The notes: a model not told the origin generated them from the letters alone. Shown: positions 9,401 through 19,200, counted from the stretch's first letter. The stretch is DNA of 64,000 nt from Collinsella sp. (GCA_048375035.1 DBGEDL010000056.1:1298-65297); one strand, 5' to 3'. Numbers and translations: made by a program.

Positions 9401-10832
9401 CGTTTAGGAAAAACGGCACCGGTCCTAGGGTAAACTGCTCGGTCCAATTGAGGTCGGTTCTTACCTGGAAGAGGGCCTTAATATTGCCGTATGCGGGGTC
9501 GTTGTTGTTACCCCAGGTTTTGCCCACCCAATCGTAGGCGAGCGAGCCGTACAGCTGTGTGGCGATATCCATCGTGAACAGCGGCGTGCAATGGTGACGA
9601 AGGAGCTTGGTGTTTCTTGGATCGGTGCCCGAACCGGCACTCATACTTTTGTACTGATTCCACTTCCCCTCCATCTCGTCGAGGTAGCGGTTTGCCTGCT
9701 TGGCGCCCGACTCACGCGGCGATTTCTTCCAGTATTCCGGATCAGGGTTGCCCGAATCGTTCATATAGCTGGCTGGTTTGTATCCTCCGCCAAACAGCAC
9801 GTATCCAGCAAACGAGAAATCGAAGAGGATCGGAAATGTGGGCATCCAACACGTGAACTTATTGCCGCCGATGCCGGGAAACGCCGCGGGGAAATCAAAC
9901 GGAGTGATCTCTTGGTCCATGGTGGTGGGGACGATAGTGGTCGATCCGGATTCCGCCTTTGCCGCCGGCGCAGTGACAACGGCCATGGGGGAGGAGAGTG
10001 TGTAGGTTTTGCCCTGGTAGTCGAGGACAAAGCGCAGCTTGCATCCTTCTTCCAGAAGGCTCGATGCCGCGTCGAGGAACTTGTCTTCGAGCGTGAACGT
10101 CGCCAGATTATCCGCGCCCGATGCGCTGGCCTTGACTTGGCCAATCTGCGTGGCGGTTTCGGATGAGCTGCCCGCAGCGGGCATCACTTTATTGATATGC
10201 AACGTTGCCTGCCCGCCCTGCGGCAGATGGGCCTGCACGGTAAAAGCGTGCGTGTCGGGCTGATCGTTTGCTGCTTCGTCCGCTGGCATTGCCATAAACG
10301 TGGCGTCGGCGTACTGGATGTCCCATTCGTCGAATGTGAGCTGGCGAAAGTACGGCTCGCCATCGGAGAGCGGACGTGTGGGTGCGGTAATGGCGGTGCC
10401 GCCTTGGACACGCGCGAGGGGAATCTCGACATCGCGGTAGCCCGCCATGCTAATGGAGATGCCGCCGTTAAAGTCATACGCGTCGAGAAGCGTCGCCTCG
10501 TCCACGTAGCCTTCTGAAAGCGGCGCGACCTCAAAGATGGCCGTGCCTTCGTCATCGGTAGCGGCGGTGAGCTGCTTGCCTGCGGCATAGCGCGATGTGA
10601 GTGTGACCTGGGCACCCGTGATGGGCGTATTCTTGTTGGCGACGTCGACCACGACCACACCAAACATGGTGCGCGAGAGAACGAGCACCCTGAAGGGGTC
10701 TTTTTCGTCGGCATAGGCTTCGGTGGCCACGAACGGCAATATGAAGGCGTTTGCGCTTCCCGGCACGCGCGGCAACATAATGCTCGCCAGCGAGGACACT
10801 CCGGCAACAAGTAACGAACGGCGATCAAGCAT
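6480..10832 (-). CDS. Large (1450 aa) cell-surface protein with an LAxTG-type sorting signal
   Basis: ORF 6480..10928 trimmed to ATG 10832 (GGGAG RBS). N-terminus MLDRRSLLVAGVSSLASIMLPRVPGSANA. C-terminus has a GS-rich linker, LAGTG, a hydrophobic stretch and an RR tail. CarboxypepD_reg-like and CARDB-like stretches were judged by eye. Confidence 0.8.
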   Translation of the reverse strand: MLDRRSLLVAGVSSLASIMLPRVPGSANAFILPFVATEAYADEKDPFRVLVLSRTMFGVVVVDVANKNTPITGAQVTLTSRYAAGKQLTAATDDEGTAIFEVAPLSEGYVDEATLLDAYDFNGGISISMAGYRDVEIPLARVQGGTAITAPTRPLSDGEPYFRQLTFDEWDIQYADATFMAMPADEAANDQPDTHAFTVQAHLPQGGQATLHINKVMPAAGSSSETATQIGQVKASASGADNLATFTLEDKFLDAASSLLEEGCKLRFVLDYQGKTYTLSSPMAVVTAPAAKAESGSTTIVPTTMDQEITPFDFPAAFPGIGGNKFTCWMPTFPILFDFSFAGYVLFGGGYKPASYMNDSGNPDPEYWKKSPRESGAKQANRYLDEMEGKWNQYKSMSAGSGTDPRNTKLLRHHCTPLFTMDIATQLYGSLAYDWVGKTWGNNNDPAYGNIKALFQVRTDLNWTEQFTLGPVPFFLNVNPWVLAKLALAVGTHTHGSGAAFFKNISLDYSNTSGSFTIQIGLAVTFGAGVAGVASSAVRGAASLTLFIGYEKADGHQLPRLRVGADVDVDVILQFVMFKWTTKAWSGSWPTLLDSWNMSVNNGNQYVLQRSELALGGDTPYTLDIRFGTPGNIKAGGVPQFIASATIVTNAELLARAEVAAAAINIAPTVRDWDRAVTRIELEADAESDDTGQIEHFVHALIENDENAAPMYEYTYIGQATNTVADPNADSAGVSEDERGGIKPSSDNVLFAGVLSEAHMKLAMIAGVECLFRIASVRYGDNGRSRLVVHTKANGTWSAPTPVDFPLGFGEGDVERDSIYDYDFDVVEYTDGRGNQDAYVLLVSGERPAGDDTLFDMASTAGILSVVRLRISNDGVRVVSHTSWRSISRGRLQEDGYHCLQCPRITVGKTLVNGRLSGAYLHRRGTTAEKALGSEAEVALECFTLWSDVSGDSLTFRQVLRFPQAPSSIELGAPENINGKMVVPVAYETAGGCGCASYAVIGQSIAGWGVMSPDATVPHAVPWPQHTGFLATVNEQLQHITWTRGASVFATQPVGAAGCGPASFSVSNNGRCVLYVENTDGKVGQTYDEEGNPVAVMGKHFRIFASTLAGDLFTKPFVMCELDHPVDQITTFLTSGSMLSALATHIVSAEKSEAELHGIEVPLVACATPTGAVATSGAVVPGAAGESFMVTVRNDGNTLLTAGTIDLYREGSSQPFSSASIGFGANTRMASIYDSELAEDASANDMTHVRYALETLGAHFATHPLVADSGNAVLAPGCTAQFRMSFAIPESWSDEVGKRVTLYAKARNLVALDPVTLEEIRPGANSALGAVLHELHVPDAACERSEVQVGVCDNADTTGLHDAPMTADGSGGSGGSSSGSGSGSGSGKDHGNNKRPGKAGALAGTGDVNAPLTAAAAALAAAGAGLVAYSARRTALEKNTADEVNSDKPR

Positions 10833-10988
10833 CTTTGGCTCCCATCCCGCAGGTATCGGTGGAAATAATCCAATTTTGCGAGAAGACGCTTCGTGGCGGT
10901 AGTGCCGTTCAAGGGTCAAAATGTCCAATTTGAGCGCGCGAAAGCGCCAGGCCCCGGAGCGCTTTCGATACGCCGGGAAGTCTGACCG

Positions 10989-11993
10989 CTAGCGCAACAT
11001 GTGGGTAACCAACTCGGCGCGTGTGCCGATGCCAAGCTTTGCGTATACGCCGGATAGGCGGTTTTTGGCGGTGCCCGGCGATACTCTCATATGGCGCGCG
11101 ATTTCGGCGTTGGTCCATCCGCGGCAGGCGAGCATGGCCATGGTGAATTCCGTGGTCGTTAGATCGTCGGCCACGTCCTCGCCCGAATCGGGGTTGTGGA
11201 TGCGCCGCCAACCGTAGCTGAATCGATACGTGATCTCGATGATGCGAGCGAAATCGTCGGGGTATTGCGATTTTAGGCATGCCTCGATAAGCCCCTGCAA
11301 AAGGCCGTGGTGCTCGCCGATAAGCTCGATAAGGCCGTCGGGGCGCGCAATGTTCCAAGCAGCTCCGAAGTGCGTTTTTGCGGCGTCGAGGTCCTTGAGG
11401 CTCATGCATGCCATGGAAGCTGCCAGGTGCAGGAACAGTTCCGAGATGGGATAGCTTCCCTGTTTCATAATCAGGGCGTTTTCCGCCATGCCCAGGCTGC
11501 GGCCGTATTCGCCGCGCAGATATAAGGCGTGCGCCATCACGTAGCTGGCGAACAGGCGCAGGCCTTCGGGCAGATGCGCCGCAAGCGGATAAAACTCTTC
11601 GGCAGAATACGGGGAAGGCAAGTGCAGCAGGACGCTTGCGGCCGAGGCGAACAGGATATGCGTGGCGTGGATAGCGGATGATTCCTCGTCGGCCGGCGTA
11701 TCGAGGATGCCCGCAAGGCACCGGCGGGCGTCGGCGATACGGTTGAGCGACAGACTGGCGTATCCGCAGATAAAGCATGCGGAATGGCGCAGTGCGGGAT
11801 CGGTGGCGTCAAGATGGGGGCGCGCCGTCTTGGCAGCGAGGGCGGCCTGTCCGCGAAAGTACAGCGCTTCTGCCGTGGCAATGGCGCGCGAATTGGGGTC
11901 GGAAATGCCTGCAACCGCAGCGTCAATCTGCCCCGGCACAAAGGCGGTGCACATCAACGGCATGGGAACGCATGGGTAGCCATCGCAGTCCAT
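10989..11993 (-). CDS. LuxR-family transcriptional regulator
   Basis: ORF 10989..12266 trimmed to ATG 11993, because the longest form overlaps the kinase gene. C-terminal LuxR HTH: TTTEFTMAMLACRGWTNAEIARHMRVSPGTAKNRLSGVYAKLG. Confidence 0.8.
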   Translation of the reverse strand: MDCDGYPCVPMPLMCTAFVPGQIDAAVAGISDPNSRAIATAEALYFRGQAALAAKTARPHLDATDPALRHSACFICGYASLSLNRIADARRCLAGILDTPADEESSAIHATHILFASAASVLLHLPSPYSAEEFYPLAAHLPEGLRLFASYVMAHALYLRGEYGRSLGMAENALIMKQGSYPISELFLHLAASMACMSLKDLDAAKTHFGAAWNIARPDGLIELIGEHHGLLQGLIEACLKSQYPDDFARIIEITYRFSYGWRRIHNPDSGEDVADDLTTTEFTMAMLACRGWTNAEIARHMRVSPGTAKNRLSGVYAKLGIGTRAELVTHMLR

Positions 11994-12061
11994 CTTCCAT
12001 CTCCCAACAGCTGGCAACAATAGCAGCAATTGTACTCCTGTTGCTCGGGACCCCTTTCGTT

Positions 12062-13213
12062 TTACTGATCGGTTAACGCTGCAGACCGTTTTGGAAGGCT
12101 TACGAGCATGGTGGTCCCGTTCTCGGAACTTGCTTCGACCTCTACAGCGCCACCGTGAAGCGCTGCAATCTCCCAAACGAGTGCTAGTCCGAGTCCCGCG
12201 CCGCCGTATGCCCTGCTGCGGGATTTGTCTAGACGAAAGAACGGCTGGAAGATGCTCTCTTGGCACTGCTTGGGTATTCCCGGGCCCTCATCTTTGACTC
12301 GCAGGAGCACGTGGCTGTCGCTGTCGCTGATGGAGACGTTGACAGTCGAGTCGGAGCGGCTGTAACGGATGGCGTTTTCAGCCAGGTTAAACACCAGCCG
12401 ATAGAGGAGCGTGTCGCTCCCGATTACTAAAGCGTCTCCAGCACAATTGAGGGCTATGCCCTTATTTTCGGCAAGTGGCGCAAGGTCGGTGAGGACCTCT
12501 TCGGACAAGGGGCCAAGTTCAACATCGTCATCGCAAGGAACGCTGCGGAGCTCGCTCATCTCGAGCAATACCTTGGTCATTCGAGACATGCGCTCGGTTT
12601 GTTCTTGTAACAGGCTAAGCAACTCGGCTGTTTCGGGTTGCAAACCGGAGTGCTCGGAGATGAATAGTTCAATCTGTGCTTGCATAAGGGCGAGCGGGGT
12701 GCGCAGCTCGTGTGCGGCGTTGCCGGTAAACTGACGCTGTGCAGAGAACCCTTCGCCAAGACGGGCGATCATGTCGTTGAAAGAGGCGCTGCATCGTTGT
12801 AGCTCGGTGGGCGCATCTTCACTGAGTCTGATTTCGCTTAGGTTGTCAGGCTGCACACGCTCAACCTGGGCTGCAAAAGCCCGTAGCGGTTTAAGTGCAC
12901 GGCCGCTCACAAAGTATGCCAGCGCGCCGCCAAGGAGTGTGATTCCAGCCGTGATGCACCAGGCTGTCGCGCCAAAAGACTCCTGTGCGTCGTTTACGAC
13001 GATCGTGACCTTTTCATCGAGGGTCGCTTTCGTTGGGTCGAACGCCTGGGGCGAATCTTCGCCGGTTGCGTTAAAGGCCGAGATGTCACTGCCGATGGCA
13101 TCCATGTAGCGCATACCCGTATAGCCGACCAGGCAGTTCGTCAGCACGCACGCCGCGCACGTCAGAAGTGCCGTCATGATCGTTATGCGCCATTGCAGCG
13201 AAAGCCCTTTCAT
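12062..13213 (-). CDS. Sensor histidine kinase (two TM segments, HAMP, HisKA, HATPase)
   Basis: H-box FTGNAAHELRTPLAL and G-box GGAGLGLALVWEIAALHGG. There is a 4-nt overlap with the upstream response regulator. Confidence 0.9.
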   Translation of the reverse strand: MKGLSLQWRITIMTALLTCAACVLTNCLVGYTGMRYMDAIGSDISAFNATGEDSPQAFDPTKATLDEKVTIVVNDAQESFGATAWCITAGITLLGGALAYFVSGRALKPLRAFAAQVERVQPDNLSEIRLSEDAPTELQRCSASFNDMIARLGEGFSAQRQFTGNAAHELRTPLALMQAQIELFISEHSGLQPETAELLSLLQEQTERMSRMTKVLLEMSELRSVPCDDDVELGPLSEEVLTDLAPLAENKGIALNCAGDALVIGSDTLLYRLVFNLAENAIRYSRSDSTVNVSISDSDSHVLLRVKDEGPGIPKQCQESIFQPFFRLDKSRSRAYGGAGLGLALVWEIAALHGGAVEVEASSENGTTMLVSLPKRSAALTDQ

Positions 13214-13884
13214 TCGCCATCCTCCATAACGTAGCCCTCTCCAATCCGATTACGAATCGGGTCGTATCCCAAAGCGCTGCGCAACTTTTTTCGGAGTGAC
13301 GAGATATGAACGCGGGTTGCGTTGCTAAAGCTGTTCACGGTGCTATCCCAAACGTGCTCGATAAGCTCCTCTTGGCTTACCGGTCGCCCCTGATTAAGCA
13401 TCAGGTATTCCAAGATTCCCGTTTCCTTGCGCGTAAGAGATAGCGCCTCGCTGTCCACGGAAGCGATGCGCGCCTTGGTGTCAAAGCGGAGCTTTCCGCA
13501 GGTTAATACTATGTCGCTCTGTGCGAAGCGCCTGAGGGTAAGGCTGCGGATCCTTGCCGCAAGTTCGTCCAGATGAAACGGCTTGGTGAGGTAATCGTTG
13601 GCGCCGGCATCGAGTCCGGCGACTTTATCGGATACTTCGCCACGTGCGGACAGAATCAGTACCTTCGTCTCGCAGTCAGTTTTCCTAAGTTCCCTGAGTA
13701 CGGTCATGCCATCGATGCGGGGAAGGTTGAGGTCGAGTACCACGAGGTCGAAGGCCTCAACGTCCAGTAGGTCGAGCGCCTCCTGTCCGTCGTGACAGCA
13801 GTCGACGCTGTACGCCAAGTTTCGCAAACTGCGCGCGATTGCATCGCACAGTGCTCGCTCGTCCTCGACGATCAAAATACGCAT
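13210..13884 (-). CDS. OmpR-family response regulator
   Basis: ORF trimmed to ATG 13884 (AAGGAG RBS). MRILIVEDERALCDAI..DLNLPRIDG, with a C-terminal winged helix. Confidence 0.9.
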   Translation of the reverse strand: MRILIVEDERALCDAIARSLRNLAYSVDCCHDGQEALDLLDVEAFDLVVLDLNLPRIDGMTVLRELRKTDCETKVLILSARGEVSDKVAGLDAGANDYLTKPFHLDELAARIRSLTLRRFAQSDIVLTCGKLRFDTKARIASVDSEALSLTRKETGILEYLMLNQGRPVSQEELIEHVWDSTVNSFSNATRVHISSLRKKLRSALGYDPIRNRIGEGYVMEDGE

Positions 13885-13974
13885 AGCAGTCTCCTTGCAC
13901 ATTTCAAATCGCGCTTAACACGGATTTTATAGTCGATATGGTCCAATGGTCGCGTAACGAAAGGAGTGGTCAGG

Positions 13975-14121
13975 TTGTTCAAAGCGGTAAAACCCGTGGT
14001 ACAGGTCGCTTTGTTGATCATCGGAATTGCCATGGTGTGCTTTGGCGTTATGCGTGGCGAGGCGGATGCCGTGCTGGCCAAAGCGATTAGGCTGTGCTTG
14101 GAGTGTATCGGAATTGGATAA
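13975..14121 (+). CDS. 48-codon membrane micropeptide with a C-terminal CXXC (CD1871A-like family)
   Basis: Not in the ORF track. TTG 13975 lies 8 nt after AAGGAG. Translation: LFKAVKPVVQVALLIIGIAMVCFGVMRGEADAVLAKAIRLCLECIGIG. It has one TM helix plus CLEC. The position immediately before a 4Fe-4S membrane protein matches the CD1871A-type cassette as I recall it. Confidence 0.65.
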   Translation: MFKAVKPVVQVALLIIGIAMVCFGVMRGEADAVLAKAIRLCLECIGIG

Positions 14122-15016
14122 AAGAGAAAACACTGCGTCGCATGTTTTGGCCCGATTTCGCGGATTTATTCAGGCGGCGGCGACGCTCATCACCAACATT
14201 CACCTGCCAAACTTTGCCAAAGGCGGCATCTATCAGGGCGCGGGAAAAACAGTCTGCGTACCTGGACTTAATTGCTATTCGTGCCCCGCGGCATCGGGTG
14301 CGTGCCCCATCGGGTCGTTCCAGTCGGTGGTAGGTTCATCCAAGTTCAACTTCTCCTACTACGTTACCGGTACGCTCATTTTGCTCGGCGTGCTGCTGGG
14401 TCGCTTTGTATGCGGCTTTCTGTGCCCGTTTGGCTGGCTGCAGGAGCTGCTTCATAAGATTCCCGGCAAAAAGCTTTCGACAAAAAGGCTCAAGGCGCTT
14501 ACGTATATCAAATACGTTGTGCTGCTGTTTGCCGTGGTGGTGCTGCCTGTGCTGGTGGTCAACGATGTGGGGATGGGCGATCCGTTCTTTTGCAAATACG
14601 TCTGTCCGCAGGGTGTGCTCGAGGGTGCCATTCCGCTGGCCATTGCCAATGCCGGCATTCGATCTGCGTTGGGACATCTCTTTACTTGGAAACTTGTCGT
14701 TCTCGTTGCCGTGATAGTGCTGAGCGTGTTGTTCTACCGCCCCTTCTGCAAATGGATTTGTCCACTCGGCGCATTCTATGCGCTCATGAATAGGGTGTCC
14801 TTGTTGGGGATTCAGGTTGACGCGTGCAAATGCGTCTCGTGCGGCAAGTGCTCAAAGGTTTGTCAGATGGACGTCGATGTGGTCCGCGCACCCAATCATG
14901 CCGAATGTATCCGGTGCGGAAAGTGCATCGGGGCCTGTCCTGTCGATGCCATCAGCTATCGCTATGGCCTGGATGTGTCGGCGGAAAAGCTTCCCTTGAC
15001 CGCCGATAAAAAGTAA
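14114..15016 (+). CDS. Membrane-bound 4Fe-4S binding protein (NapH/polyferredoxin-like)
   Basis: ORF 14027..15016. Start uncertain; TTG 14114 is chosen (8-nt overlap with the micropeptide stop). Motifs: NCYSCPAASGACP, CPFGW, CKYVCPQG, CKCVSCGKCSKVC, CIRCGKCIGACP. Confidence 0.8.
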   Translation: MDKRENTASHVLARFRGFIQAAATLITNIHLPNFAKGGIYQGAGKTVCVPGLNCYSCPAASGACPIGSFQSVVGSSKFNFSYYVTGTLILLGVLLGRFVCGFLCPFGWLQELLHKIPGKKLSTKRLKALTYIKYVVLLFAVVVLPVLVVNDVGMGDPFFCKYVCPQGVLEGAIPLAIANAGIRSALGHLFTWKLVVLVAVIVLSVLFYRPFCKWICPLGAFYALMNRVSLLGIQVDACKCVSCGKCSKVCQMDVDVVRAPNHAECIRCGKCIGACPVDAISYRYGLDVSAEKLPLTADKK

Positions 15017-15045
15017 ACAAGCTTCGACAAAACGGAGGAATGACT

Positions 15046-16017
15046 ATGAAGCTTTCTAAGATTGCGGCCTTGTTTATGGTGCCGGTATTGGCCTTGTGCC
15101 TTGTGGCATGTTCGGCGTCCGGTGGCAATGCGAGCGAATCTGCGAGCTCCGATCCTAAGATCGCAGAACTCACTGCGCAGAAGCCGACCAATGCTGACGA
15201 GGCCGCCGAGCTGTATGCGAAGCTCATGAAAAAGGAGAACGATATCCTTTCGAGTGATAACGCGCTGTGGGAAAAGGTATTCAATGCGGCAAATAAAGAC
15301 TCGGCAATGATTGAGGACGGTAGCAATTACGGCGATTTCCTGCTCAAGACCATCGACGGCGCCAAGGATGAGTTCACGGCGGATGAGCTTAAGACGCTCA
15401 AGGTCGGTGCACAGCAGATCAAGGAGATCGAGGACAAGCTCGAGAGCCTGGAGAAGGAGTTCCCCGGCTGTGGAAGTACGCCGAGCGCAGGCGAGAGCGT
15501 CGACGCTTCGACCGCTGGCATGACGGCTGGTGCCAATGCTTCGAGCGAGGCGACGAAGTTCCCCAGCTTTACGGGCAAGGACCTGGATGGCAACGACGTG
15601 AACAGCGACGAACTGTTCTCTAAGAACAAGGTCACCGTCATGAACTTCTGGTTCACCACTTGCAAGCCGTGCGTGGGCGAGCTGGGCGACCTTGAGGACC
15701 TGAATAAGGAGCTTGCCAAGAAGGGCGGCCAGGTCGTGGGCGTCAATTCCTTTACGCTCGATGGCAACAAGGACGAGATTGCAGATGCCAAGGACGTGCT
15801 GAGCAAGAAGGGCGTGACATATAAGAACGTCTGGTTCAAGTCGGATAGCGAGGCCGGTAAGTTTACGTCAAATCTGTTCTCGTTCCCGACAACCTACGTT
15901 ATTGACCAGAACGGCAACATCGTAGGGGAGCCCATCGTGGGCGCCATCAGCTCCGCCGAGCAGCGCGCGGCGCTCGACAAGTTTATTGACCAGGCGCTGG
16001 CGAAGAGCGAGCAGTAA
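15046..16017 (+). CDS. TlpA/ResA-like thioredoxin-fold lipoprotein
   Basis: ATG 15046 (GGAGG 7 nt upstream). Lipobox LALCLVAC. Thioredoxin-like C-terminus with WFTTCKPC. Confidence 0.85.
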   Translation: MKLSKIAALFMVPVLALCLVACSASGGNASESASSDPKIAELTAQKPTNADEAAELYAKLMKKENDILSSDNALWEKVFNAANKDSAMIEDGSNYGDFLLKTIDGAKDEFTADELKTLKVGAQQIKEIEDKLESLEKEFPGCGSTPSAGESVDASTAGMTAGANASSEATKFPSFTGKDLDGNDVNSDELFSKNKVTVMNFWFTTCKPCVGELGDLEDLNKELAKKGGQVVGVNSFTLDGNKDEIADAKDVLSKKGVTYKNVWFKSDSEAGKFTSNLFSFPTTYVIDQNGNIVGEPIVGAISSAEQRAALDKFIDQALAKSEQ

Positions 16018-16031
16018 AGGCTGAGTACACG

Positions 16032-16064
16032 AATGTGACAAAGGGACAGTCCCTTTGTCACATT
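16032..16064. repeat. 33-bp perfect palindrome, family A (AATGTGACAAAGGGAC-A-GTCCCTTTGTCACATT)
   Basis: Read directly. Located 15 nt after the TlpA-like stop. Related copies at 19499-19526, 26101-26127, 56754-56782 and 60482-60508. Confidence 0.9.
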
Positions 16065-16243
16065 GTCAATGTTGTGTGCGGGACGGTGCGCTGTGTGGCG
16101 TGTCGTCCCGTTCGTTTTTTGGCGAGGTTCGTTACATTCCTTATTGGCGCTGATAAAAAATGGGGATAGAGTAGGACAAACGCGTCGAATACGAACGGCG
16201 GGGAAGAGCGGGCGGGGTGCCTGCGCGGGAGAGGTTGCCGTCC

Positions 16244-19200
16244 ATGCTGGAGCTCAAAGGTATTTGCAAAAGGTACGTCACGCAGTCGTTTACGCAGGTG
16301 GCGCTCGATAACGTGAGCCTGGCTTTTCGCGATAACGAGTTCGTGGCCATTCTGGGTCCCTCGGGTTCGGGTAAAACCACGATGCTCAACGTTATCGGTG
16401 GGCTCGATCACTTTGATTCTGGTGACCTGTTGATCGACGGCATCTCGACCAAGGACTTTCACGATCGCGATTGGGACGCCTATCGCAACAACCGCATCGG
16501 CTTTGTGTTCCAGAGCTATAACCTTATCCCACATCAGACCATTTTGGAAAACGTTGAGCTAGCGCTGACGCTCACGGGTGTTGGCCATGCCGAGCGCCGC
16601 CAGCGTGCACGCAAGGCGCTCGAGGCAGTCGGTCTGGGCGAGCACGTTAACAAGCGCCCGAGTCAGCTTTCGGGTGGGCAGATGCAGCGCGTGGCCATTG
16701 CCCGCGCTCTGATCAATGATCCCGAGATTGTGCTGGCCGACGAGCCGACCGGCGCTTTGGATTCAACGACATCCGTACAGGTCATGGATCTGCTCAAGGA
16801 CGTGGCGCGCGACCGTCTGGTTATTATGGTCACGCACAATCCCGAGCTGGCGTACCAGTACGCCACACGCATCGTCAACCTGGCGGACGGCAAGATCACC
16901 GACGATTCCGACCCCTTTGATGTAGCAAAGGCCGCGCGTCGCGAGGCCAAGCCTACGCGCAAAACCTCGATGAGCTTTGTGACGGCGCTGGGGCTTTCTG
17001 CCCGAAACCTCATGACCAAGAAGGGTCGCACGGCCATGACTGCCTTTGCGGGCTCGATTGGCATTATCGGTATCGCGGCGATTCTGGCGCTGTCCAATGG
17101 CGTAAACGGCTACATCAAAAAGGTCGAGGAGGATACGCTCTCGAGCTACCCGCTCACCATTTCCAAGCAGGACTACGACCTGTCGTCCATGATGGGTGGG
17201 CAGGGAACTGCGGATGATGACTCGCCTGAAAACGTGGAGTCGTCCGACGACAGTGCCGGCGGCAAGGCTCAGGGAGCCGATAAGATTCCTGTGGTCACGG
17301 CCGTAAAGGATATGTTTGCAAGTGTTAAGTCCAACGACATGACGAGCTTTAAGGCATGGCTCGATGCCGGTGGCGACGGCATCGATAAAGAGGTCAACGC
17401 CATTCAGTACGGCTACGGTGTATCGCCGGTTGTCTATCGTGCCGGCAAGGGCGATGAGAAGCCTGTCCGGCTGGTGCCCAACGCCATGACCGAGGCCATG
17501 AGCGGAGGCGCGAGCTCGGCGGCAACGGTGAGCATGGAATCCATGGGAACCTCGGTCTTTAACGAGATGATTGACGACCAGAGCCTGCTCGACAGCCAGT
17601 ACGATGTCGTCGCCGGTCATTGGCCCACGTCTGCCAACGAAGCCGTGATGGTGCTTTCGAGTCGTGGCACGGTGGGCGACTATACGCTCTACAGCATCGG
17701 CGCGCTGGATATCAATGAGCTTAACAATCTGGTTAACAGTGCTATGACCGCTGACGGTGGGATCGAAGCGCCCGAGACCGGTACCGACTTTACCTACGAC
17801 GATGCGCTGTCCACGACGTTTAAGGTGCTGTCGCCGGCCGATGCCTATCGCAAAAACGAAGAGACCGGCATGTGGACCGACATGTCTGGCGACGCCGACT
17901 TTATGGCCGCCAAGGTTGCCGACGGTATTGACGTGCACATTGTGGGCGTGGTGCGACCTAACGAGACGGCCAATGCGAGCGCGTTGTCTCCGGGCATTGC
18001 CTATACGCATGCGCTGACTCGCCAGCTTATGGAGCGCGCCGCCGATTCGCAGATTGTGCAGGAGCAGCTTGCCCACCCCGAGACGGATGTCTTTACGGGC
18101 AAAACCTTCGACGAACTGCAAGGCGAGGCCAAGCAAGGCGTTGATCTGGGCAGCATGTTTAGCGTGGACGAGGCGGCGCTGAAGAGTGCGTTTTCGTTCG
18201 ATACATCTGCGCTCTCGGGTGCGGCTGACGGTATGGACCTTTCCGGTATCGACTTATCCGGGCTGGACATTGACCTTTCGAGCGTTGGCAAGGACATCGA
18301 CTTCAGCGACATCATGGCCAAAGCGCCGGCACCAGATTTCTCGGGCATCTTTGACGGTCTTGAGCTCACGCCCGAGCAAATGCAGCAGGTGGGAACACTA
18401 GCCAATCAGCTGTTTGAGGGCTTTTTGCAGTCTGATCAGTTTAAGGCGCTGTCGCCCGAAGATCTTAAGGACACGTCAAGGTTTGCTGCCGCATTCTCGG
18501 CGTATCTTGAGAGTGATACGGCAGCCCAGCAAATCCTGGCCCAGCTCAAAGCGCTCGGCGGCGATGCCCTGGCCGAGCGCCTGCAGCAGGCGATGACCGA
18601 CTATGTGCAAAAGCAGCTGGCTCCGTATCTGCAGCAGGCTATGGATCAGGTGATGAAGTCGATCAGCGATCAGATTGCGGCGACGGTGTCAGCTCAGCTC
18701 AGGGCAGGCGCAGCAGGGCTCATGGGCCAGATGGCGACGCAGATGTCGTCGAGTTTTGCTAACCTGGCGAGCGCCATGCGCGTGGATGCGAGTGCCTTTG
18801 CTCATGCCATTCACTTCAACATGGACGCCGAGGACCTGAGTTCGCTCATGATGAGCTATGCCAAGGCGTCGAAGCTCACCTACGATAACAATCTGACCAC
18901 GTTGGGTTATGCGGACGAGGCCGACCCCATTTCGGTCAAGATTTTCCCGCGCGACTTTGAGGCCAAGGAGCGCGTACTCGATCACATCGATGCGTACAAC
19001 AAGCAGGTCAAAGCCGCTGGCCATGATGAGCAGGCAATTTCGTACACCGACTACATGGGCATCATCATGGGTTCGGTGACCGACATCGTGAACACTATCA
19101 GCTTGGTGCTCATCGCGTTTGTGAGTATCAGTCTGGTGGTGAGCTCCATCATGATCGGCATCATCACATACATCAGCGTGCTGGAGCGCAAAAAGGAGAT

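Noticed and set aside
11994-12266. Longest-ORF N-terminal extensions: LuxR to 12266, TrmO to 27977, TrmL to 61317, flavoprotein to 63816, topoisomerase B to 3141, surface protein to 10928, prfC to 43330.
   Set aside because: The extensions overlap neighbouring genes or lack homology. Internal ATG/GTG codons with good Shine-Dalgarno sequences coincide with the canonical family N-termini.
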